64,000 bases of DNA from Auanema rhodensis. Its lineage: Eukaryota; Animalia; Nematoda. The stretch lies in assembly GCA_964057225.1 (NCBI GenBank), contig OZ059895.1, forward strand, positions 4,030,001 through 4,094,000, in the 5' to 3' direction. Position 1 is the stretch's first letter. Each line of letters begins with the position of its first letter. The position numbers were made by a program, and so were the translations under genes. The notes under the pieces are model-generated. The model had not been told where the DNA came from. It saw only the letters and a program-made list of their open reading frames with translations, and made no database searches. Shown here piece by piece: positions 13,341 to 26,327 of the stretch.

Positions 13341-16300
13341 TATAAGTGTGAACTTATATCAGTTGATATCTCGGTGCATTTTTAAGATAGCGCAAATCTG
13401 ATAACACAGATCGACGCAGCTTAAAAATCCGCATCGAATGCACTATACTTCATTGAGAAACGCTTAATACAAAAATTAGTTATGATCGTTTGAAAAATGA
13501 TGCATTAGTGTATGTTGAGTTTCCATGTACACTCAACATTGCTTTCAAAAACATTTTGACAAACATTTTTTCAAAAAATTTCAAAATAATTTAGCAAAAA
13601 GTAGATGTTTTTAGATTCCTTTTTTCAAGGCAAAGACGATGGGCAATGTTATTCAACGAAAAAATTAATTCTTCAGGGTGAAAATCGAGGATATAAGTGT
13701 GAACTTATATCAGTTGATATCTCGGTGCATTTTCAAGCTAGCGCAAATCTGATAACACAGATCGACGCAGCTTAAAAATCCGCATCGAATGCACTATACT
13801 TCATTGAGAAACGCTTAATACAAAAATTAGTTATGATCGTTTGAAAAATGATGCATTAGTGTATGTTGAGTTTCCATGTACACTCAACATTGCTTCCAAA
13901 AACATTTTGACAAAAATTTTTTCGAAAAATTTCAAAATAATTTAGCAAAAAGTAGATGTTTTTAGATTCATTTTTTTAAGGCAAAGACGATGGACAATGT
14001 TATTCAACGAAAAAATTAATTCTTCAGGGTGAAAATCGAAGATATAAGTGTGAACTTATATCAGTTGATATCTCGGTGCATTTTTAAGCTAGCGCAAATC
14101 TGATAACACAGATCGACGCAGCTTAAAAATCCGCATCGAATGCACTATACTTCATTGAGAAACGCTTAATACAAAAATTAGTTATGATCGTTTGAAAAAT
14201 GATGCATTAGTGTATGTTGAGTTTCCATGTACACTCAACATTGCTTTCAAAAACATTTTGACAAACATTTTTTCAAAAAATTTCAAAATAATTTAGCAAA
14301 AAGTAGATGTTTTTAGATTCCTTTTTTCAAGGCAAAGACGATGGGCAATGTTATTCAACGAAAAAATTAATTCTTCAGGGTGAAAATCGAGGATATAAGT
14401 GTGAACTTATATCAGTTGATATCTCGGTGCATTTTCAAGCTAGCGCAAATCTGATAACACAGATCGACGCAGCTTAAAAATCCGCATCGAATGCACTATA
14501 CTTCATTGAGAAACGCTTAATACAAAAATTAGTTATGATCGTTTGAAAAATGATGCATTAGTGTATGTTGAGTTTCCATGTACACTCAACATTGCTTCCA
14601 AAAACATTTTGACAAACATTTTTTCAAAAAATTTCAAAATAATTTAGCAAAAAGTAGATGTTTTTAGATTCCTTTTTTCAAGGCAAAGACGATGGGCAAT
14701 GTTATTCAACGAAAAAATTAATTCTTCAGGGTGAAAATCGAGGATATAAGTGTGAACTTATATCAGTTGATATCTCGGTGCATTTTTAAGCTAGCGCAAA
14801 TCTGATAACACAGATCGACGCAGCTTAAAAATCCGCATCGAATGCACTATACTTCATTGAGAAACGCTTAATACAAAAATTAGTTATGATCGTTTGAAAA
14901 ATGATGCATTAGTGTATGTTGAGTTTCCATGTACACTCAACATTGCTTCCAAAAACATTTTGACAAACATTTTTTCAAAAAATTTCAAAATAATTTAGCA
15001 AAAAGTAGATGTTTTTAGATTCCTTTTTTCAAGGCAAAGACGATGGGCAATGTTATTCAACGAAAAAATTAATTCTTCAGGGTGAAAATCGAGGATATAA
15101 GTGTGAACTTATATCAGTTGATATCTCGGTGCATTTTCAAGCTAGCGCAAATCTGATAACACAGATCGACGCAGCTTAAAAATCCGCATCGATTGCACTA
15201 TACTTCATTGAGAAACGCTTAATACAAAAATTAGTTATGATCGTTTGAAAAATGATGCATTAGTGTATGTTGAGTTTCCATGTACACTCAACATTGCTTC
15301 CAAAAACATTTTGACAAAAATTTTTTCAAAAAATTTCAAAATAATTTAGCAAAAAGTAGATGTTTTTAAATTCCTTTTTTCAAGGCAAAGACGATGGGCA
15401 ATGTTATTCAACGAAAAAATTAATTCTTCAGGGTGAAAATCGAGGATATAAGTGTGAACTTATATCAGTTGATATCTCGGTGCATTTTCAAGCTAGCGCA
15501 AATCTGATAACACAGATCGACGCAGCTTAAAAATCCGCATCGAATGCACTATACTTCATTGAGAAACGCTTAATACAAAAATTAGTTATGATCGTTTGAA
15601 AAATGATGCATTAGTGTATGTTGAGTTTCCATGTACACTCAACATTGCTTCCAAAAACATTTTGACAAAAATTTTTTCGAAAAATTTCAAAATAATTTAG
15701 CAAAAAGTAGATGTTTTTAGATTCATTTTTTTAAGGCAAAGACGATGGACAATGTTATTCAACGAAAAAATTAATTCTTCAGGGTGAAAATCGAAGATAT
15801 AAGTGTGAACTTATATCAGTTGATATCTCGGTGCATTTTTAAGATAGCGCAAATCTGATAACACAGATCGACGCAGCTTAAAAATCCGCATCGAATGCAC
15901 TATACTTCATTGAGAAACGCTTAATACAAAAATTAGTTATGATCGTTTGAAAAATGATGCATTAGTGTATGTTGAGTTTCCATGTACACTCAACATTGCT
16001 TTCAAAAACATTTTGACAAACATTTTTTCAAAAAATTTCAAAATAATTTAGCAAAAAGTAGATGTTTTTAGATTCCTTTTTTCAAGGCAAAGACGATGGG
16101 CAATGTTATTCAACGAAAAAATTAATTCTTCAGGGTGAAAATCGAGGATATAAGTGTGAACTTATATCAGTTGATATCTCGGTGCATTTTCAAGCTAGCG
16201 CAAATCTGATAACACAGATCGACGCAGCTTAAAAATCCGCATCGAATGCACTATACTTCATTGAGAAACGCTTAATACAAAAATTAGTTATGATCGTTTG

Positions 16301-19300
16301 AAAAATGATGCATTAGTGTATGTTGAGTTTCCATGTACACTCAACATTGCTTTCAAAAACATTTTGACAAAAATTTTTTCGAAAAATTTCAAAATAATTT
16401 AGCAAAAAGTAGATGTTTTTAGATTCCTTTTTTCAAGGCAAAGACGATGGGCAATGTTATTCAACGAAAAAATTAATTCTTCAGGGTGAAAATCGAGGAT
16501 ATAAGTGTGAACTTATATCAGTTGATATCTCGGTGCATTTTCAAGCTAGCGCAAATCTGATAACACAGATCGACGCAGCTTAAAAATCCGCATCGAATGC
16601 ACTATACTTCATTGAGAAACGCTTAATACAAAAATTAGTTATGATCGTTTGAAAAATGATGCATTAGTGTATGTTGAGTTTCCATGTACACTCAACATTG
16701 CTTCCAAAAACATTTTGACAAACATTTTTTCAAAAAATTTCAAAATAATTTAGCAAAAAGTAGATGTTTTTAGATTCCTTTTTTCAAGGCAAAGACGATG
16801 GGCAATGTTATTCAACGAAAAAATTAATTCTTCAGGGTGAAAATCGAGGATATAAGTGTGAACTTATATCAGTTGATATCTCGGTGCATTTTTAAGCTAG
16901 CGCAAATCTGATAACACAGATCGACGCAGCTTAAAAATCCGCATCGAATGCACTATACTTCATTGAGAAACGCTTAATACAAAAATTAGTTATGATCGTT
17001 TGAAAAATGATGCATTAGTGTATGTTGAGTTTCCATGTACACTCAACATTGCTTCCAAAAACATTTTGACAAAAATTTTTTCAAAAAATTTCAAAATAAT
17101 TTAGCAAAAAGTAGATGTTTTTAGATTCCTTTTCTCAAGGCAAAGACGATGGGCAATGTTATTCAACGAAAAAATTAATTCTTCAGGGTGAAAATCGAAG
17201 ATATAAGTGTGAACTTATATCAGTTGATATCTCGGTGCATTTTCAAGCTAGCGCAAATCTGATAACACAGATCGACGCAGCTTAAAAATCCGCATCGAAT
17301 GCACTATACTTCATTGAGAAACGCTTAATACAAAAATTAGTTATGATCGTTTGAAAAATGATGCATTAGTGTATGTTGAGTTTCCATGTACACTCAACAT
17401 TGCTTCCAAAAACATTTTGACAAAAATTTTTTCGAAAAATTTCAAAATAATTTAGCAAAAAGTAGATGTTTTTAGATTCATTTTTTTAAGGCAAAGACGA
17501 TGGACAATGTTATTCAACGAAAAAATTAATTCTTCAGGGTGAAAATCGAGGATATAAGTTTGAACTTATATCAGTTGATATCTCGGTGCATTTTTAAGCT
17601 AGCGCAAATCTGATAACACAGATCGACGCAGCTTAAAAATCCGCATCGAATGCACTATACTTCATTGAGAAACGCTTAATACAAAAATTAGTTATGATCG
17701 TTTGAAAAATGATGCATTAGTGTATGTTGAGTTTCCATGTACACTCAACATTGCTTCCAAAAACATTTTGACAAACATTTTTTCAAAAAATTTCAAAATA
17801 ATTTAGCAAAAAGTAGATGTTTTTAGATTCCTTTTTTCAAGGCAAAGACGATGGGCAATGTTATTCAACGAAAAAATTAATTCTTCAGGGTGAAAATCGA
17901 GGATATAAGTGTGAACATATATCAGTTGATATCTCGGTGCATTTTCAAGCTAGCGCAAATCTGATAACACAGATCGACGCAGCTTAAAAATCCGCATCGA
18001 ATGCACTATACTTCATTGAGAAACGCTTAATACAAAAATTAGTTATGATCGTTTGAAAAATGATGCATTAGTGTATGTTGAGTTTCCATGTACACTCAAC
18101 ATTGCTTCCAAAAACATTTTGACAAAAATTTTTTCGAAAAATTTCAAAATAATTTAGCAAAAAGTAGATGTTTTTAGATTCCTTTTTTCAAGGCAAAGAC
18201 GATGGGCAATGTTATTCAACGAAAAAATTAATTCTTCAGGGTGAAAATCGAGGATATAAGTGTGAACTTATATCAGTTGATATCTCGGTGCATTTTCAAG
18301 CTAGCGCAAATCTGATAACACAGATCGACGCAGCTTAAAAATCCGCATCGATTGCACTATACTTCATTGAGAAACGCTTAATACAAAAATTAGTTATGAT
18401 CGTTTGAAAAATGATGCATTAGTGTATGTTGAGTTTCCATGTACACTCAACATTGCTTCCAAAAACATTTTGACAAAAATTTTTTCAAAAAATTTCAAAA
18501 TAATTTAGCAAAAAGTAGATGTTTTTAGATTCCTTTTTTCAAGGCAAAGACGATGGGCAATGTTATTCAACGAAAAAATTAATTCTTCAGGGTGAAAATC
18601 GAGGATATAAGTGTGAACTTATATCAGTTGATATCTCGGTGCATTTTCAAGCTAGCGCAAATCTGATAACACAGATCGACGCAGCTTAAAAATCCGCATC
18701 GAATGCACTATACTTCATTGAGAAACGCTTAATACAAAAATTAGTTATGATCGTTTGAAAAATGATGCATTAGTGTATGTTGAGTTTCCATGTACACTCA
18801 ACATTGCTTCCAAAAACATTTTGACAAAAATGTTTTCAAAAAATTTCAAAATAATTTAGCAAAAAGTAGATGTTTTTAGATTCCTTTTTTCAAGGCAAAG
18901 ACGATGGGCAATGTTATTCAACGAAAAAATTAATTCTTCAGGGTGAAAATCGAGGATATAAGTGTGAACTTATATCAGTTGATATCTCGGTGCATTTTCA
19001 AGCTAGCGCAAATCTGATAACACAGATCGACGCAGCTTAAAAATCCGCATCGATTGCACTATACTTCATTGAGAAACGCTTAATACAAAAATTAGTTATG
19101 ATCGTTTGAAAAATGATGCATTAGTGTATGTTGAGTTTCCATGTACACTCAACATTGCTTCCAAAAACATTTTGACAAAAATTGTTTCGAAAAATTTCAA
19201 AATAATTTAGCAAAAAGTAGATGTTTTTAGATTCATTTTTTTAAGGCAAAGAGGATGGACAATGTTATTCAACGAAAAAATTAATTCTTCAGGGTGAAAA

Positions 19301-22115
19301 TCGAGGATATAAGTTTGAACTTATATCAGTTGATATCTCGGTGCATTTTTAAGCTAGCGCAAATCTGATAACACAGATCGACGCAGCTTAAAAATCCGCA
19401 TCGAATGCACTATACTTCATTGAGAAACGCTTAATACAAAAATTAGTTATGATCGTTTGAAAAATGATGCATTAGTGTATGTTGAGTTTCCATGTACACT
19501 CAACATTGCTTCCAAAAACATTTTGACAAACATTTTTTCAAAAAATTTCAAAATAATTTAGCAAAAAGTAGATGTTTTTAGATTCCTTTTTTCAAGGCAA
19601 AGACGATGGGCAATGTTATTCAACGAAAAAATTAATTCTTCAGGGTGAAAATCGAGGATATAAGTGTGAACTTATATCAGTTGATATCTCGGTGCATTTT
19701 CAAGCTAGCGCAAATCTGATAACACAGATCGACGCAGCTTAAAAATCCGCATCGAATGCACTATACTTCATTGAGAAACGCTTAATACAAAAATTAGTTA
19801 TGATCGTTTGAAAAATGATGCATTAGTGTATGTTGAGTTTCCATGTACACTCAACATTGCTTCCAAAAACATTTTGACAAAAATTTTTTCAAAAAATTTC
19901 AAAATAATTTAGCAAAAAGTAGATGTTTTTAGATTCCTTTTTTCAAGGCAAAGACGATGGGCAATGTTATTCAACGAAAAAATTAATTCTTCAGGGTGAA
20001 AATCGAGGATATAAGTGTGAACTTATATCAGCTGATATCTCGGTGCATTTTCAAGCTAGCGCAAATCTGATAACACAGATCGACGCAGCTTAAAAATCCG
20101 CATCGAATGCACTATACTTCATTGAGAAACGCTTAATACAAAACTTAGTTATGATCGTTTGAAAAATGATGCATTAGTGTATGTTGAGTTTCCATGTACA
20201 CTCAACATTGCTTCCAAAAACATTTTGACAAACATTTTTTCAAAAAATTTCAAAATAATTTAGCAAAAAGTAGATGTTTTTAGATTCCTTTTTTCAAGGC
20301 AAAGACAATGGGCAATGTTATTCAACGAAAAAATTAATTCTTCAGGGTGAAAATCGAGGATATAAGTGTGAACTTATATCAGTTGATATCTCGGTGCATT
20401 TTCAAGCTAGCGCAAATCTGATAACACAGATCGACGCAGCTTAAAAATCCGCATCGAATGCACTATACTTCATTGAGAAACGCTTAATACAAAAATTAGT
20501 TATGATCGTTTGAAAAATGATGCATTAGTGTATGTTGAGTTTCCATGTACACTCAACATTGCTTCCAAAAACATTTTGACAAACATTTTTTCAAAAAATT
20601 TCAAAATAATTTAGCAAAAAGTAGATGTTTTTAGATTCCTTTTTTCAAGGCAAAGACGATGGGCAATGTTATTCAACGAAAAAATTAATTCTTCAGGGTG
20701 AAAATCGAGGATATAAGTGTGAACTTATATCAGTTGATATCTCGGTGCATTTTCAAGCTAGCGCAAATCTGATAACACAGATCGACGCAGCTTAAAAATC
20801 CGCATCGAATGCACTATACTTCATTGAGAAACGCTTAATACAAAAATTAGTTATGATCGTTTGAAAAATGATGCATTAGTGTATGTTGAGTTTCCATGTA
20901 CACTCAACATTGCTTCCAAAAACATTTTGACAAAAATTTTTTCAAAAAATTTCAAAATAATTTAGCAAAAAGTAGATGTTTTTAGATTCCTTTTTTCAAG
21001 GCAAAGACGATGGGCAATGTTATTCAACGAAAAAATTAATTCTTCAGGGTGAAAATCGAGGATATAAGTGTGAACTTATATCAGTTGATATCTCGGTGCA
21101 TTTTCAAGCTAGCGCAAATCTGATAACACAGATCGACGCAGCTTAAAAATCCGCATCGATTGCACTATACTTCATTGAGAAACGCTTAATACAAAAATTA
21201 GTTATGATCGTTTGAAAAATGATGCATTAGTGTATGTTGAGTTTCCATGTACACTCAACATTGCTTCCAAAAACATTTTGACAAAAATTTTTTCAAAAAA
21301 TTTCAAAATAATTTAGCAAAAAGTAGATGTTTTTAGATTCCTTTTCTCAAGGCAAAGACGATGGGCAATGTTATTCAACGAAAAAATTAATTCTTCAGGG
21401 TGAAAATCGAGGATATAAGTTTGAACTTATATCAGTTGATATCTCGGTGCATTTTCAAGCTAGCGCAAATCTGATAACACAGATCGACGCAGCTTAAAAA
21501 TCCGCATCGAATGCACTATACTTCATTGAGAAACGCTTAATACAAAAATTAGTTATGATCGTTTGAAAAATGATGCATTAGTGTATGTTGAGTTTCCATG
21601 TACACTCAACATTGCTTCCAAAAACATTTTGACAAAAATTTTTTCAAAAAATTTCAAAATAATTTAGCAAAAAGTAGATGTTTTTAGATTCCTTTTTTCA
21701 AGGCAAAGACGATGGGCAATGTTATTCAACGAAAAAATTAATTCTTCAGGGTGAAAATCGAGGATATAAGTGTGAACTTATATCAGTTGATATCTCGGTG
21801 CATTTTCAAGCTAGCGCAAATCTGATAACACAGATCGACGCAGCTTAAAAATCCGCATCGATTGCACTATACTTCATTGAGAAACGCTTAATACAAAAAT
21901 TAGTTATGATCGTTTGAAAAATGATGCATTAGTGTATGTTGAGTTTCCATGTACACTCAACATTGCTTCCAAAAACATTTTGACAAAAATTTTTTCAAAA
22001 AATTTCAAAATAATTTAGCAAAAAGTAGATGTTTTTAGATTCCTTTTCTCAAGGCAAAGACGATGGGCAATGTTATTCAACGAAAAAATTAATTCTTCAG
22101 GGTGAAAATCGAGGA

Positions 22116-25100
22116 TATAAGTGTGAACTTATATCAGTTGATATCTCGGTGCATTTTCAAGCTAGCGCAAATCTGATAACACAGATCGACGCAGCTTAAA
22201 AATCCGCATCGAATGCACTATACTTCATTGAGAAACGCTTAATACAAAAATTAGTTATGATCGTTTGAAAAATGATGCATTAGTGTATGTTGAGTTTCCA
22301 TGTACACTCAACATTGCTTCCAAAAACATTTTGACAAAAATTTTTTCGAAAAATTTCAAAATAATTTAGCAAAAAGTAGATGTTTTTAGATTCATTTTTT
22401 TAAGGCAAAGACGATGGACAATGTTATTCAACGAAAAAATTAATTCTTCAGGGTGAAAATCGAGGATATAAGTTTGAACTTATATCAGTTGATATCTCGG
22501 TGCATTTTTAAGCTAGCGCAAATCTGATAACACAGATCGACGCAGCTTAAAAATCCGCATCGAATGCACTATACTTCATTGAGAAACGCTTAATACAAAA
22601 ATTAGTTATGATCGTTTGAAAAATGATGCATTAGTGTATGTTGAGTTTCCATGTACACTCAACATTGCTTCCAAAAACATTTTGACAAACATTTTTTCAA
22701 AAAATTTCAAAATAATTTAGCAAAAAGTAGATGTTTTTAGATTCCTTTTTTCAAGGCAAAGACGATGGGCAATGTTATTCAACGAAAAAATTAATTCTTC
22801 AGGGTGAAAATCGAGGATATAAGTGTGAACATATATCAGTTGATATCTCGGTGCATTTTCAAGCTAGCGCAAATCTGATAACACAGATCGACGCAGCTTA
22901 AAAATCCGCATCGAATGCACTATACTTCATTGAGAAACGCTTAATACAAAAATTAGTTATGATCGTTTGAAAAATGATGCATTAGTGTATGTTGAGTTTC
23001 CATGTACACTCAACATTGCTTCCAAAAACATTTTGACAAAAATTTTTTCGAAAAATTTCAAAATAATTTAGCAAAAAGTAGATGTTTTTAGATTCCTTTT
23101 TTCAAGGCAAAGACGATGGGCAATGTTATTCAACGAAAAAATTAATTCTTCAGGGTGAAAATCGAGGATATAAGTGTGAACTTATATCAGTTGATATCTC
23201 GGTGCATTTTCAAGCTAGCGCAAATCTGATAACACAGATCGACGCAGCTTAAAAATCCGCATCGATTGCACTATACTTCATTGAGAAACGCTTAATACAA
23301 AAATTAGTTATGATCGTTTGAAAAATGATGCATTAGTGTATGTTGAGTTTCCATGTACACTCAACATTGCTTCCAAAAACATTTTGACAAAAATTTTTTC
23401 GAAAAATTTCAAAATAATTTAGCAAAAAGTAGATGTTTTTAGATTCATTTTTTTAAGGCAAAGACGATGGACAATGTTATTCAACGAAAAAATTAATTCT
23501 TCAGGGTGAAAATCGAGGATATAAGTTTGAACTTATATCAGTTGATATCTCGGTGCATTTTTAAGCTAGCGCAAATCTGATAACACAGATCGACGCAGCT
23601 TAAAAATCCGCATCGAATGCACTATACTTCATTGAGAAACGCTTAATACAAAAATTAGTTATGATCGTTTGAAAAATGATGCATTAGTGTATGTTGAGTT
23701 TCCATGTACACTCAACATTGCTTCCAAAAACATTTTGACAAACATTTTTTCAAAAAATTTCAAAATAATTTAGCAAAAAGTAGATGTTTTTAGATTCCTT
23801 TTTTCAAGGCAAAGACGATGGGCAATGTTATTCAACGAAAAAATTAATTCTTCAGGGTGAAAATCGAGGATATAAGTGTGAACATATATCAGTTGATATC
23901 TCGGTGCATTTTCAAGCTAGCGCAAATGTGATAACACAGATCGACGCAGCTTAAAAATCCGCATCGAATGCACTATACTTCATTGAGAAACGCTTAATAC
24001 AAAAATTAGTTATGATCGTTTGAAAAATGATGCATTAGTGTATGTTGAGTTTCCATGTACACTCAACATTGCTTCCAAAAACATTTTGACAAAAATTTTT
24101 TCAAAAAATTTCAAAATAATTTAGCAAAAAGTAGATGTTTTTAGATTCCTTTTTTCAAGGCAAAGACGATGGGCAATGTTATTCAACGAAAAAATTAATT
24201 CTTCAGGGTGAAAATCGAGGATATAAGTGTGAACATATATCAGTTGATATCTCGGTGCATTTTCAAGCTAGCGCAAATCTGATAACACAGATCGACGCAG
24301 CTTAAAAATCCGCATCGAATGCACTATACTTCATTGAGAAACGCTTAATACAAAAATTAGTTATGATCGTTTGAAAAATGATGCATTAGTGTATGTTGAG
24401 TTTCCATGTACACTCAACATTGCTTCCAAAAACATTTTGACAAAAATTTTTTCGAAAAATTTCAAAATAATTTAGCAAAAAGTAGATGTTTTTAGATTCA
24501 TTTTTTTAAGGCAAAGACGATGGACAATGTTATTCAACGAAAAAATTAATTCTTCAGGGTGAAAATCGAGGATATAAGTTTGAACTTATATCAGTTGATA
24601 TCTCGGTGCATTTTTAAGCTAGCGCAAATCTGATAACACAGATCGACGCAGCTTAAAAATCCGCATCGAATGCACTATACTTCATTGAGAAACGCTTAAT
24701 ACAAAAATTAGTTATGATCGTTTGAAAAATGATGCATTAGTGTATGTTGAGTTTCCATGTACACTCAACATTGCTTCCAAAAACATTTTGACAAACATTT
24801 TTTCAAAAAATTTCAAAATAATTTAGCAAAAAGTAGATGTTTTTAGATTCCTTTTTTCAAGGCAAAGACGATGGGCAATGTTATTCAACGAAAAAATTAA
24901 TTCTTCAGGGTGAAAATCGAGGATATAAGTGTGAACATATATCAGTTGATATCTCGGTGCATTTTCAAGCTAGCGCAAATCTGATAACACAGATCGACGC
25001 AGCTTAAAAATCCGCATCGAATGCACTATACTTCATTGAGAAACGCTTAATACAAAAATTAGTTATGATCGTTTGAAAAATGATGCATTAGTGTATGTTG

Positions 25101-26327
25101 AGTTTCCATGTACACTCAACATTGCTTCCAAAAACATTTTGACAAAAATTTTTTCGAAAAATTTCAAAATAATTTAGCAAAAAGTAGATGTTTTTAGATT
25201 CCTTTTTTCAAGGCAAAGACGATGGGCAATGTTATTCAACGAAAAAATTAATTCTTCAGGGTGAAAATCGAGGATATAAGTGTGAACTTATATCAGTTGA
25301 TATCTCGGTGCATTTTCAAGCTAGCGCAAATCTGATAACACAGATCGACGCAGCTTAAAAATCCGCATCGATTGCACTATACTTCATTGAGAAACGCTTA
25401 ATACAAAAATTAGTTATGATCGTTTGAAAAATGATGCATTAGTGTATGTTGAGTTTCCATGTACACTCAACATTGCTTCCAAAAACATTTTGACAAAAAT
25501 TTTTTCGAAAAATTTCAAAATAATTTAGCAAAAAGTAGATGTTTTTAGATTCATTTTTTTAAGGCAAAGACGATGGACAATGTTATTCAACGAAAAAATT
25601 AATTCTTCAGGGTGAAAATCGAGGATATAAGTTTGAACTTATATCAGTTGATATCTCGGTGCATTTTTAAGCTAGCGCAAATCTGATAACACAGATCGAC
25701 GCAGCTTAAAAATCCGCATCGAATGCACTATACTTCATTGAGAAACGCTTAATACAAAAATTAGTTATGATCGTTTGAAAAATGATGCATTAGTGTATGT
25801 TGAGTTTCCATGTACACTCAACATTGCTTCCAAAAACATTTTGACAAACATTTTTTCAAAAAATTTCAAAATAATTTAGCAAAAAGTAGATGTTTTTAGA
25901 TTCCTTTTTTCAAGGCAAAGACGATGGGCAATGTTATTCAACGAAAAAATTAATTCTTCAGGGTGAAAATCGAGGATATAAGTGTGAACATATATCAGTT
26001 GATATCTCGGTGCATTTTCAAGCTAGCGCAAATCTGATAACACAGATCGACGCAGCTTAAAAATCCGCATCGAATGCACTATACTTCATTGAGAAACGCT
26101 TAATACAAAAATTAGTTATGATCGTTTGAAAAATGATGCATTAGTGTATGTTGAGTTTCCATGTACACTCAACATTGCTTCCAAAAACATTTTGACAAAA
26201 ATTTTTTCAAAAAATTTCAAAATAATTTAGCAAAAAGTAGATGTTTTTAGATTCCTTTTTTCAAGGCAAAGACGATGGGCAATGTTATTCAACGAAAAAA
26301 TTAATTCTTCAGGGTGAAAATCGAGGA
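22116..26327 (+). repeat. Trimer (1053-bp) higher-order repeat x4 with 2106-bp superstructure
   Basis: AAGTTTGAAC variant at 22474, 23527, 24580, 25633; GAACATAT in each following unit; GATTGC only in alternate trimers (~23267, ~25373). Confidence 0.88.
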
